Below are positions 1 through 9,488 of a DNA stretch of 64,000 nt, in pieces. The stretch is from Pelagomonas calceolata. Lineage: Eukaryota. The notes beneath the pieces are model-generated. The model saw only the letters and a program-made list of their open reading frames with translations. It made no database searches and was not told the origin of the DNA. Location of the stretch: assembly GCA_918797485.1 (NCBI GenBank), contig CAKKNE010000004.1, forward strand, positions 3,658,001 through 3,722,000, in the 5' to 3' direction. Each line of letters starts with the position of its first letter. Within the stretch, counting starts at the first letter, position 1. The position numbers and the translations under genes are program-made.

Positions 1-309
1 GCGCACCCTAATATAGCCGTCGGGCGTGCTGCAACCTTCTGGCAGCGCGGTGACCTCCCAGTACTCGGCGCTATCTTTGAGGTCCGCGGCATCGTAGGCG
101 TTGAAGTATATCACGCGCTTGCCTTCGGAGTCCTTGTATTTGCTAGCAACGAACGCATTTGACGGCGGCGCCTTCTTCTTCTTGCCTTTGGTGGCGGTGG
201 TCTTGGTGGTGGTCTTCTGTGTTTGCTTTTTAGCGGCCCTTGGTTTTTTGCCGCGCTTTCCTTTCTTGGCCGTCCGGCCAGCGCGCTGACTCCGAAAAGC
301 GGCGCGCCA
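1..309 (-). CDS. Partial Lys/Thr-rich hypothetical coding frame running off the window edge; start not resolved
   Basis: The minus frame is open from 309 to 1 (TAKKGKRGKKPRAAKK...YWEVTALPEGCSTPDGYIRVR). There is no in-frame ATG after the upstream TGA at 312-310. Confidence 0.3.
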
Positions 310-648
310 TCAAGGCCGCGCGCAGCGTCTAGCGTTACCCACAGCGCTTTGCGCGGCGCCGAGGCTAATCTAGCGGTCTGTAAGACACTAGCAATTCAAA
401 CTTGAGCCCGGACGGCGGGACCAATCGACCGGGCTAGGCCAGTGCAGATCTCTCCGGTTCGACATCCGGAGGCACGACCCGCACCGGAGGCATCACCCGC
501 TGAAACGAACAGTGGGCTGCCCCCACCCGCGCCACTGCGCGTTGCGGAGCCACGCGGCTGCCTCGCAGCTCTTGACTCACCATTCGGACTGCTGCAGAAC
601 TGCGCGTCGCGGAGGCACGCCTTGTCTTGCTGCTGCTGCTGCTCAACT

Positions 649-1944
649 ATGAATCCGGATGGGACATTTGTTGATGAGGACGGGGAGACTGAGGATTACC
701 ACGTGACGGACGTCTCCGAGAACGATAGGAAGCGCCTGCACTACCTGAAGAAGCAGCAGCGCAAGAAGGACCACGGCAAGAAGCACCGGCCCCGCCACCG
801 CGGGCCGGCGCCGGCGCCGGGCGAGCGCCGCGAGCGCCGCGAGCCGCGCGACCCGCGCGTGCTGAAGCACAACGAGCGCAGCGGCCGCGGCATGGCGACC
901 AAGCACCGCGACGCGCCCGGCAAGGTGAACCGGTTCCAGGAGCACCTGCACGCGCGCGAGGAGGACCAGGAGCGCCAGCGCCGGGAGCGCCGGAAGAAGC
1001 GGGCCGAGGCGAAGGCGCAGAAGGCGCACGCGCTGCGGCAGACGGTCGTCGAGGACGACGACATGGGCGAGGTCCAGGACATCAGCGGCTGGGACCACAA
1101 GGACGAGCAGGAGGCCCGGGGCCGCGAGATGGCCCGGCTCGACACGCGGTGCCGCGCGCGCGAGTTCGTCCTGACGCTGCCCGGCGGCGGCTGCTGCGGC
1201 ATCTACGGCAAGGTCCGCGCGGACGTGCGCGTCGACCCCGGCCTGCCCGCGCTGGCCCTGCACCTCCTCGACCTTACCGATAGGGACCTGTCGCGCCACT
1301 GGGTGCTCTTCGACGAGGCGGCCGGCGACGACAACGAGATCTCGCACGACGAGTTCTTCGACCTCATCGACGTCGACCCGACGACGTTCCTCAAGTGCCT
1401 CGTCGACGCCATCGTCTTCGACTGGGCGGACCTCGACAAGGACCGCACGCTGTCCTTCAGCGAGTTCCTGCTGGCGTCGTGCGTCATGTGCACGCTCACG
1501 CAGCGCCAGCTCGCGTTCTTCGTCTTCGCCTACTTCGACGAGAACGACGACGGCCACCTCGACTACCACGAGCTCCAGCAGATCAGCCACGCCATGGAGG
1601 GCTCGCGCTTCGGCGGCGACATGGCCAAGTTCCTCGACGTCTGCAACATGATCCAGATCGAGCACCACACGCACAAGGTCGTCGAGGCCCGGAAGATGGG
1701 CTTCGGCGGCTTCCAGGAGGCGTGCAACCGGTGCCCCCTCGTCGTCCACCCGATCATGCGGCTCCAGGAGGCCATGCAGATGCGCACGCTCGGCGCGGAC
1801 CGCTGGAAACGGCTCCGGGACGACTACGGCGGCGACTTCCACCACGAGATGACCGAGGCCGGCCTCTTGATGCTCGGGGAGAAGAAGGAGCTCGCCTACG
1901 AGAAGAATGATTCTTCACTATCATTCAGGGAGACGGCGGCGTAG
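649..1944 (+). CDS. EF-hand calcium-binding protein (calcineurin-B/recoverin-like C-terminal half, charged N-terminus)
   Basis: Within ORF 442..1944 the first ATG is at 649. EF-hand loops DLDKDRTLSFSEF and DENDDGHLDYHEL; strongly GC3-biased codons. Confidence 0.8.
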   Translation: MNPDGTFVDEDGETEDYHVTDVSENDRKRLHYLKKQQRKKDHGKKHRPRHRGPAPAPGERRERREPRDPRVLKHNERSGRGMATKHRDAPGKVNRFQEHLHAREEDQERQRRERRKKRAEAKAQKAHALRQTVVEDDDMGEVQDISGWDHKDEQEARGREMARLDTRCRAREFVLTLPGGGCCGIYGKVRADVRVDPGLPALALHLLDLTDRDLSRHWVLFDEAAGDDNEISHDEFFDLIDVDPTTFLKCLVDAIVFDWADLDKDRTLSFSEFLLASCVMCTLTQRQLAFFVFAYFDENDDGHLDYHELQQISHAMEGSRFGGDMAKFLDVCNMIQIEHHTHKVVEARKMGFGGFQEACNRCPLVVHPIMRLQEAMQMRTLGADRWKRLRDDYGGDFHHEMTEAGLLMLGEKKELAYEKNDSSLSFRETAA

Positions 1945-1998
1945 CCGCCACTATGCTCATTCAGGGCGTAATTCACAGATCACGTTTACTACGAAGTA

Positions 1999-3072
1999 CT
2001 AGCGGCACCGCCCGCGGCCCCGACGCCTCCGCGGAGGCGTCTCGTCGCCGAGGGAGTCCATCGACCACCGCGACCGCCGGCGGGTCGGCTGCCGCGGGGC
2101 GTGCCCGCGCGCTGCGGGCTGCTCGCGCGCGGCGGACGCGCTAGCGAGCATCATTCCGAGCGGAGACAACGCCGTATGGTTGACCTCTTGCGGCTTGGCG
2201 AAGATCGCCGGCAGCGCATGGTCCCTCCGCCGGCGGTCCACCGCGCGCGCCTCACGGACGGCTTCGCGACGCAGCGCCGCCGACCGCAATGCGCAGGAAA
2301 TCCCGGCCTCCGTCGCCCGAATGCTCGCCAGTTCCTTCTGGCGTCGGCGGCGCGTCTCTTCCCTCCTGAACTCGAGCGCGATGCGGCTCGGCGCGTAGCC
2401 GGCTGCGTGCTCCTCCTCCGACGCTGCCTCCGACCCGTCGTCGCCGTCGCTAACGCGCGCCCACGGAATCTTCGTGCGCAGCGTTCGCATCCTTTCCGCG
2501 TCGGACTCCGAGTCCCAAGTGACGGTCCGGCGGCGCTCGGGTTCTTGCTGCTGACGGGCAGTGGCGGCGGCCCGGAGCTTGTCCTCGCGTTGCCCGGCAG
2601 GCGGCAGCCGTATCGCTACGCGGCGTTTCGTGGGCGCCTTGCGCGCACGTGCCGCAGCGTGGCGTATTTCCGCGTCCCGCTGGCGCTGCGCGTAGTGCTT
2701 CGCCCGGACGAAGGCGTTGATCTCGCGCGCCTGGCGCTGCTCCCACGCCGAAGGCTCGACGACCGGCGACGAAGGCGGCTGCGGCGGCGCGCGGGCGGCG
2801 AGGCGCGCGGCCTCCTCCGCGTCAAGGTCGCGGCCCCGCCGTCGCCGCCGCCGGGACTGCGCCCGTGACCAGAATCGCTCGCCCGGCGACCGCTCGACCG
2901 CCGCGGGCTCCGCGGGCGCGTCCGCCTCGTCTTCCGACTCGTCGTACGCGAGAGCGTCGTCCTCTTCCGCTGGCTGCGGTGAGGGTTCCGGTGGAGCGTC
3001 CCGTCCGGAGCAGCGCACCGCGAAGGCCAGGGCGCTGGCCCGTAGCTGGCGTGGGATGGGCTTCGCAGGCAT
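1999..3072 (-). CDS. Hypothetical low-complexity protein
   Basis: 357-aa ATG-initiated ORF, convergent with the EF-hand gene and followed by an AT-rich 3' spacer. No recognised domain. Confidence 0.5.
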   Translation of the reverse strand: MPAKPIPRQLRASALAFAVRCSGRDAPPEPSPQPAEEDDALAYDESEDEADAPAEPAAVERSPGERFWSRAQSRRRRRRGRDLDAEEAARLAARAPPQPPSSPVVEPSAWEQRQAREINAFVRAKHYAQRQRDAEIRHAAARARKAPTKRRVAIRLPPAGQREDKLRAAATARQQQEPERRRTVTWDSESDAERMRTLRTKIPWARVSDGDDGSEAASEEEHAAGYAPSRIALEFRREETRRRRQKELASIRATEAGISCALRSAALRREAVREARAVDRRRRDHALPAIFAKPQEVNHTALSPLGMMLASASAAREQPAARGHAPRQPTRRRSRWSMDSLGDETPPRRRRGRGRCR

Positions 3073-3477
3073 CGTATCGGCTGCCCCCTAATCAACGCGC
3101 TCCATTGGACGCCGCATGGCTATTGTGTTCAGTATCTGGGGTGCGCGCGCAGGAGCTAGCCCATGATGCAGCCCCACGAGAGCGGCGCTCTCTCTTTGGC
3201 CCTGCACAGCGCGATGCACAGCGCAGAGCGCCGACAGGCAGCCCACGGTGATTATCCGAGTACCACTTGTACTGGAGGCATCTTATGAATTGTATAGCGA
3301 TGCTTGCGGCTAATTCTCAGGTTGTTTTCGACGGGTTTTTGGTCGATTTTGTTTGTTTGAACCATCTATTTCTGTGTGCGTTTGCGGCAAGCACACAGAC
3401 GCATATTCTGTCCTGTGCCTGTGCGCGCCTAAAAGCAAGCACTGCTAAGGCCACTTACAGCAGTCATACAGAGAGCA

Positions 3478-6400
3478 ATGCCCTGGCAGACCGTCGACGC
3501 GCGGCCGCAGAAGCGCCGCAAGGGCGACGCCGTCGAGGACGCCGAGCGGCGCGAGCTGCGGCTCCGCCGGACCTACAACGAGGCGGCGGCGGGCCACGCC
3601 GCCCTCGCGGCGAAGGCGGCCTCGGCGCCGCCCGCCGACGCCGTCGCGGCGCTCTACGAGAAGATCCTCGAGGACGTGGGCTCCGCGGCCAAGGAGAACG
3701 AGGCGCCCTGGGACGCGGCGCTGCGCCTGGCCTGCGCGCGGCACCTCTCGGAGCTCCTCGAGGCGGCCGGCGACCGGGCCGGCGCGCTCGCCGCGGCCTG
3801 CCGGGCCGCTGACGCCGGACGGAACGACGCCGGGTTGTGGCTGCGCGTCGCGCGCCTCGCACGAGTCGCGGAGGGCGTCGCCGCGGCGCGCGTCGCCGTC
3901 GGCGCGCTCCAGCGCGCGGCCGCGCTGCGCCGCGCCGAGCGGGAGGACGACGGGGCGCTCGAGCGGGCCGCGCGCGCGGTGGGCGTCAAGCGCGCGTGCT
4001 TCCGCGGGGTCGCGGCGGACGGCGCCGCCGCGCCGCCGGCGCCTCCAAGGACGGTGCGCGCAACAAAGACGTGGACGGGCCTTGGGAGCGCGCTGTTGGC
4101 GGCGCGGGCGGCGCTCGCGCGCGACGCGCGGGCCGGCCGCGCGACGCTCGACCACCCCGTCGCCGTGGAGTGGATCGCCGAGAAGAAGAAGGCCGAGGCG
4201 GCGCAGGCGAAGAAGCCGGCCGAGGCGCCCGGGGATGAGAAAGCCAACGAGGGCAAGGACGACGAGAAGCGGCCGCGGCGCGGCGCGCGGCGCCGCGGCG
4301 CCGCGCCGACGGAGGAGAAAGAGGAGGACGACGCCGTCGCGGAGCTGCCGCTCGCCGCGCGCGTCTTCGGCGCGCTCCTCGACGGCGCGCCGCCCCCCAA
4401 GCCGCCCGACGGCGTCGCCGCGGCCTGGTTCGCGCGCGCGCCGGCGGCGCCGGGCGCCGCGGCCGCGGCCGCCGCCGCGCCGCCGTCCTTCGCCGCGCCG
4501 CGCCGCGTCCGCGACCACCTCGCGGCGTTCGTCGCCGCGGCGGCGCGCGCCGAGGCCGCGTGGGCCGCGGACGACGCGCGGAAGGTCTTCGCGGAGGCCG
4601 TCGCGGCCGTCGACGGCGCCCTGGACCCGGCCGCGCTCGTGGCGCTCGCCGAGGTCGATAGTTCCGCGCTTGCGCGCGCGAGGCTCGACCCGCGGACGGC
4701 GGACCGCCCGGACCTCGCGGCGCGGCTCCACTGGCTGGCCGCCGAGGGCGCGGCGGCGCGGGGCGACGCTTTTGTTGCGCGGGCCGAGTTCCAAGCCTGC
4801 GCGCGGGCGCTCCTTAAGCACGGCGGCGTCGACGCCTGTGTGGAAATCAACCAGTGTGACGGGTGCACCGACAATTCTTCACTAAGTCGTTTCTCGGCGA
4901 TGACGCGGCCGTCCTGGCTCTGTCGAGCGGTGAGGAACCGGCATCACCACGCCATCGAGCAGGCGTCGCGTCGATGGCGTGGAGGCCGACGCGACGATTC
5001 AGCACGAACGCGCCGTAAAATTTTGATTTCCGCACAGGTCGACGCCGTCGTCCACCGCTGGCCCGCGGGCGAACCGCGCCTGAGCGGCGCGGCCGTGGCC
5101 CACCAGCTCGCGGTCCTGGCCCGACGCGAGGGCGATTCTCGGCTCGGCGACGGCCTCGCGGCGGCCGCGGCTGCGGGCGGTGCGGCGCTCTGGCGCGAGG
5201 CCCGGCGGCTGCGGGCGCGCGACGCGGCCGGGTTCGCTGGTCTGCTCGCGGGCGACGCTCTGCGCGGCGCGGGCGTGCTCGAGGCGCTCTGCGCGGCCGT
5301 CGGCGGCGCGACGGACGTCGCGGCGGACGCCGCGGCGATTGCGCGGGCCGCCGCCGCCGACCGCGCGCGGGCGGGCGAGGCCCTCGACGCCTGCGTCGCC
5401 GTGCTCGACGCGCTCGCGCGCACGCCGCCCCAGGCGGCGCGGGCGACGTTCGGCCGCGGGGCGCGGGACGCGGACGCCGCGGTCGCGGTCGCGGCGACGG
5501 CCGCTCGCCTCCGCTCGCTCCTGGACACGACGGCCGCGCGCGCGGCCGTCGCCGCGGCCGGCGGCGACGCCGTCCGCGCCGCGCTAGCGCGCACGGTGGC
5601 CGTTGCCGCGGCCGGCAGCCGCGCCGACGCGGTTCTCGACGCGCTCGTGGCGGCGGCGGCCGTCGACGCGGTGCTCGGCGGCGCCGCCGCGCGGGACGCC
5701 GTCTCGCACGCCGCGACGGCCGCCTGCGCGACCTGCGCGGCGGCGCTGGGCGCGGCGGTCCGGGCCCGGAACGACCCCGAGGTGCTGAGCGCGGCCGCGT
5801 GCGGTGAGGCGCTGCTGCAGGCCATGGGCCCGCCGGCCGCGCGGCGCCACCTCGCGGCGGCGGCGGCGCTCCTCGGGGCGCTCGAGCGCGCGCGGGACAA
5901 GCCGCGGCTCGCGAACCTGCGGTGTCGCGCCGCCGCAGCCGCCGTCCGCGCGGCCGAGGCGGTCGATCCGGCGCGGGCCCCGGCGGTCGTGCGTGACCTC
6001 CTGGAGCACCTCGCGGCGCGCAAGTGCGTCGACGCCGGCGACGCGGCCTTCCTGCGCGCCGCCTGCGGCCTCTTCGCGGATCGCGCGGCGCGCGCCGCGC
6101 CCGGCCGCCGGCCCGTGCTCGCGCGGGACGAGGAGCACGCGGCGGCCCAGTGCTTCTACGATTTGATCGGGGCCAAGGTGCTGCGTGACGCCTGCGCGGG
6201 CCACGTCGTCTCCGAGGCCGCGCGGAAGCGCCGCGCGAAGCACTTCGAGGCCCGCGACGGCTTCGCGCTCTTCGCGGCGCCCCTGGTCCTGCGCGACCGC
6301 ACCGCGGCCGACGAGCCGCCGCCGCCCCTCGTGGGCCGCCGGGACCTCCTCGAGACGCTCAACGGCGCCGCCGGCGCCGCGGCGCGGCTCGCGCGGCGCA

Positions 6401-8187
6401 CGGTCGACGACGACGACGTCGACGCGTACCTGTTCGCGCAGAAGGACGCGCCGCAGCACTGGCCCGGGGCCCTCCTGGCGGGCGTTTACGAGGAGTCGCC
6501 GCCGGAGGACGACGACGCGAGTGTCACGGTTCCGGACGACGACGCCGCCGCGGCCGCCGCGGACGACTACGTGGCGGAGATCATGGCGCGGCGGTTGATG
6601 GGGCGGGACAAGGAGGCGGCGCAGGAGGAGGCCAAGGCGCCCGCGAAGCGCGAGGCCGCGCTGCTCGACGCCGCGGCGTGGTGTGCGCGCGCCTGTGCCT
6701 GTCGGCCGCGGGACGCAAGGCGCTGGCTCGCGCTGGCGCGCTGCTACGAGGACCTGGCCGCGCCGCTGCTGGCGCTCGGTGACCTGGGCGAGCCGTTCGC
6801 CGCGGCGCCGCCGAAGCGGCCCCTCAAGGCCGTCGCGCGGCTGCCGTACGCGGCGTCGACGGACGCGGCGCTCCAGTTCGCGGCGCCCTACGCCGCGCCC
6901 GGCGAGCTGCGCGCCGAGGCCGCCGCGACCGTCGGCGCCGCGCGCCTCGAGGCGGCGAAGCGGGCCTACGCGCTCGCGCACGCGACTTCCGGAGACGCGG
7001 CGGCCGCGGCGGCCGCCGCGCTCGCGCGGGGCCGCCTGCGCTACGCGGACCTGCGGGAACTGGCGCTGCGCGGCACGTCCATGCCCACGCGCCAGGCCGC
7101 CGGCGACGCCCAGCGCTGCTTCGAGGCCGCGTCACTAATAGGCGACGCGGCGCAAAAGGCCTTTGCGCTCGTCATGCTCGGGAAGATCGCGTGGCGGTCC
7201 GACGACTACGACCTCGACGAGCGGCGCCGCGACGCCATCGTCCTCTTTCGCCGGGCGTACGACGCGCTGCCGGCGACGGGAAAACCCACGGGAAGGGACG
7301 ACCCGTACCCCTGCTACCGCCTGCACGCGGCGCGGCTCAAGGTTGCGCTGGACGCGGCGGCGGGCCGCGTCACGCCGCTGGCGCTGCAGGCGTGCCGCGA
7401 GACCGCCTTCGGCGCAAGCGACGGCTCCGTCGCGTCGATCGTCGAGGACTGCGTCCGGGCCTTCGAGGCCTGCCGGAAGCAGGACCCCTACCACGCGCGG
7501 GCTGCCCACTCCCAGGCCGTGGCCGCGCGTGCCCAGCCGACGCTCAGCCTCGCGGCGACGGCGACGGCGTCGTCGAACCGCTTCTGCGCCGAGGCGGACG
7601 CGCGGCGGCTGCAGGAGCGGACGCGCGTCGCCGTGCGACGCGGCGCGGCGGCGGCGAAGGACGTCCTCGAGAAGGCCCTCTTCAGCGGCAAGCGGCCGCA
7701 GGTCGTCGCGCTCTGGCGCGTCGAGGGCGACGCTGCGACGCCCAGGGAGTGCCTCGACGCGGACCACCGGCGCTACGACCGGACGCGGTTGAAGTACGTC
7801 GCGCTCTTCGCCGACGTGCTCGTGGACCTGGGCGACCACGGGCGGCTGCGAGATCTCGAACATCAGATCTGCCAGGCGCGCGAGCGGTCCCGGTGCACGG
7901 ATTTGATGGTCGATTGCTCGCGGAACGCGCGCCTGCGGGCCGTGGTGGGCGCGCTCGACGACGACGACGGCGGGGCCCCGCTCGCGCTGGCGGCCGCGGC
8001 GGCGCTGCGCGGCGACCGCGGCGCGCTCAAGCGCCTGCCGGCCCCGCTCGCGTTGGGCGCGGTCGCCGACGCCCTTTTCGTGGAAGCGGCTCGGAAGGCG
8101 ATGCCGGGCCTTCTGACCGCGGCGGCGTCGCCCGCCGAGGCCGTCGAGGCGGTGCGGACGCGGTGGCCGGCGCTCGTCCCGTCGTAG
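3478..8187 (+). CDS. CABIN1: CABIN1/Hir3-like TPR protein (HIRA histone chaperone complex); one intron 4828-5037
   Basis: N-terminal TPR block (LACARHLSELLEAAGDRAGALAAACRAADAGRNDAGLWLRVARLA) and C-terminal motifs YRLHAARLK, CVRAFEACRKQDPYH and LF..KR....LWR resemble Cabin1. Splicing out the Introner gives HGG|VDAVVH. Confidence 0.65.
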   Translation: MPWQTVDARPQKRRKGDAVEDAERRELRLRRTYNEAAAGHAALAAKAASAPPADAVAALYEKILEDVGSAAKENEAPWDAALRLACARHLSELLEAAGDRAGALAAACRAADAGRNDAGLWLRVARLARVAEGVAAARVAVGALQRAAALRRAEREDDGALERAARAVGVKRACFRGVAADGAAAPPAPPRTVRATKTWTGLGSALLAARAALARDARAGRATLDHPVAVEWIAEKKKAEAAQAKKPAEAPGDEKANEGKDDEKRPRRGARRRGAAPTEEKEEDDAVAELPLAARVFGALLDGAPPPKPPDGVAAAWFARAPAAPGAAAAAAAAPPSFAAPRRVRDHLAAFVAAAARAEAAWAADDARKVFAEAVAAVDGALDPAALVALAEVDSSALARARLDPRTADRPDLAARLHWLAAEGAAARGDAFVARAEFQACARALLKHGGVDACVEINQCDGCTDNSSLSRFSAMTRPSWLCRAVRNRHHHAIEQASRRWRGGRRDDSARTRRKILISAQVDAVVHRWPAGEPRLSGAAVAHQLAVLARREGDSRLGDGLAAAAAAGGAALWREARRLRARDAAGFAGLLAGDALRGAGVLEALCAAVGGATDVAADAAAIARAAAADRARAGEALDACVAVLDALARTPPQAARATFGRGARDADAAVAVAATAARLRSLLDTTAARAAVAAAGGDAVRAALARTVAVAAAGSRADAVLDALVAAAAVDAVLGGAAARDAVSHAATAACATCAAALGAAVRARNDPEVLSAAACGEALLQAMGPPAARRHLAAAAALLGALERARDKPRLANLRCRAAAAAVRAAEAVDPARAPAVVRDLLEHLAARKCVDAGDAAFLRAACGLFADRAARAAPGRRPVLARDEEHAAAQCFYDLIGAKVLRDACAGHVVSEAARKRRAKHFEARDGFALFAAPLVLRDRTAADEPPPPLVGRRDLLETLNGAAGAAARLARRTVDDDDVDAYLFAQKDAPQHWPGALLAGVYEESPPEDDDASVTVPDDDAAAAAADDYVAEIMARRLMGRDKEAAQEEAKAPAKREAALLDAAAWCARACACRPRDARRWLALARCYEDLAAPLLALGDLGEPFAAAPPKRPLKAVARLPYAASTDAALQFAAPYAAPGELRAEAAATVGAARLEAAKRAYALAHATSGDAAAAAAAALARGRLRYADLRELALRGTSMPTRQAAGDAQRCFEAASLIGDAAQKAFALVMLGKIAWRSDDYDLDERRRDAIVLFRRAYDALPATGKPTGRDDPYPCYRLHAARLKVALDAAAGRVTPLALQACRETAFGASDGSVASIVEDCVRAFEACRKQDPYHARAAHSQAVAARAQPTLSLAATATASSNRFCAEADARRLQERTRVAVRRGAAAAKDVLEKALFSGKRPQVVALWRVEGDAATPRECLDADHRRYDRTRLKYVALFADVLVDLGDHGRLRDLEHQICQARERSRCTDLMVDCSRNARLRAVVGALDDDDGGAPLALAAAAALRGDRGALKRLPAPLALGAVADALFVEAARKAMPGLLTAAASPAEAVEAVRTRWPALVPS
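4836..5037. mobile_element. Introner element, 202 bp; GT-AG intron 4828-5037 (210 nt) in the + strand gene
   Basis: TIRs CTGTGTGGAAATCAA / TTGATTTCCGCACAG. Perfect TSD GTCGACGC at 4828-4835 and 5038-5045. Internal inverted repeat CCACGCCATCGA..TCGATGGCGTGG. Confidence 0.95.
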
Positions 8188-8225
8188 TAGTCGTGTGAAT
8201 CATACAAGTATCTTACATGCCAGTG

Positions 8226-9077
8226 TCATGCACTCGCGGTGGCGGCGCCCGCGACGAGGTCCTCCTCCCCGGAGCCCTGAGCCGGGACGGACGCGAACGC
8301 GGCGCGCGGTAGGTGCGAGCAGTCCTCGAACACAATCGGAAAATAGCGGTGGTAGTAGAGCGTCGCAAAGCCACCGCCGATGACCGCGCCGCCCACGACG
8401 TCCGCGGGCCAGTGGTCGTTGTCCACGACGCGCGACGCCGCCACGAAAAGCGACAGGCCGACGGGCAGGAGACCGGCGACCACGGCCGGGCCGCCGAGAT
8501 CGACGCCCTTGACGCGCAGTGGTCTCCCCAGCCGACAGGCGCCCAGGATGCAGTAGGACGTGTAGAGCATCGTCACCATGGAGAGGCCGCTGTGGCCCGA
8601 GGGGAACGACTTGAACGCTTCTTCATCGTCGCCGGTGCATTTCCCCGTCGCCGCATCGAAGCCGCACTGGTCGTAGAAATACGGTCTCCAGTAGCCGCAG
8701 TAGCGCTTCACGCAGTCGATGCAGAAGGCCGCTCCGCCGAACGCGTACGCGATGCCTTGTATCCGCAGCGCCGTCGCTCGCGTACACGTGTCGAAGAGCG
8801 ACAACACAAGAAACACGACCATCGGCACGACGCTGCAGATGACAAACAGCACCGACGCCGGCACGATCTGCTCGCTCGACGACTTGTAGTCGTTATTGAG
8901 CAAGGGCGACACGGCCCAGTACGGCTGCCCGGCGTCGAAGGCCTCGACCTCCGGCGGCTTGCGCTCGCGCTGGTGGATTGCTTGGCTCGCGAACCATAAG
9001 ACGAGCATCCAAGCCACGGCGACGAATGTGTCGAGAGAGATGACGTGCTTCCACGACTCGACCGCGCGGTCCCACAT
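8226..9077 (-). CDS. PAP2-family lipid phosphate phosphatase
   Basis: Motifs KRYCGYWRP, SFPSGH and SRVVDNDHWPADV, with several transmembrane helices. Confidence 0.92.
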   Translation of the reverse strand: MWDRAVESWKHVISLDTFVAVAWMLVLWFASQAIHQRERKPPEVEAFDAGQPYWAVSPLLNNDYKSSSEQIVPASVLFVICSVVPMVVFLVLSLFDTCTRATALRIQGIAYAFGGAAFCIDCVKRYCGYWRPYFYDQCGFDAATGKCTGDDEEAFKSFPSGHSGLSMVTMLYTSYCILGACRLGRPLRVKGVDLGGPAVVAGLLPVGLSLFVAASRVVDNDHWPADVVGGAVIGGGFATLYYHRYFPIVFEDCSHLPRAAFASVPAQGSGEEDLVAGAATASA

Positions 9078-9488
9078 CGCGCCTCCGCCGCGGCCGGGGA
9101 GGAGGGGTTGCTCAATGATGCCTAACAGGTCGCAGCGCTGCGGCCAGCCCTGAGGCTCTCCACAGTCGTGAGGCTCTCCCAGGCCTGGATCCCCCCTTGA
9201 AGACTAATGCGCAGTTCTCAGCCCGAGGTTCTAGCGACTGCTCAGCGCTTGACCTTGCGCTCTCTCCTCCGCAAGGCCCACAGCACGACCGGTTCGAGCG
9301 TCAGCGGTACCCGGCTGGCCCAAGAGCATCTCGAATTATTTTTCTCGACTAGCGGAATGAATAGGCACTAGAGAGAGCCAATTCCTCCAGCGCGGCGCTA
9401 GTTGGTCGCCTGCCATTACGAGGCTAACCGAGATCCCCCCCCGTAAGCCCGGATCCCACGCAACACCCTACCGGGCAGCCCCGGAACC

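Noticed and set aside
442..648. Non-ATG N-terminal extensions in the ORF track (also 20740, 28920, 31162, 39706, 44370, 52220, 57364, 61097)
   Set aside because: GTG/TTG/CTG starts are prokaryote-style calls. These extensions have promoter/UTR composition, and downstream ATGs give sensible N-termini.
643..7863. Long antisense and alternate-frame ORFs (e.g. 643..1845, 3445..4821, 3654..4874, 5584..6981)
   Set aside because: These are shadow ORFs expected at very high GC; they are Arg/Ala/Pro-rich and overlap better-supported genes.
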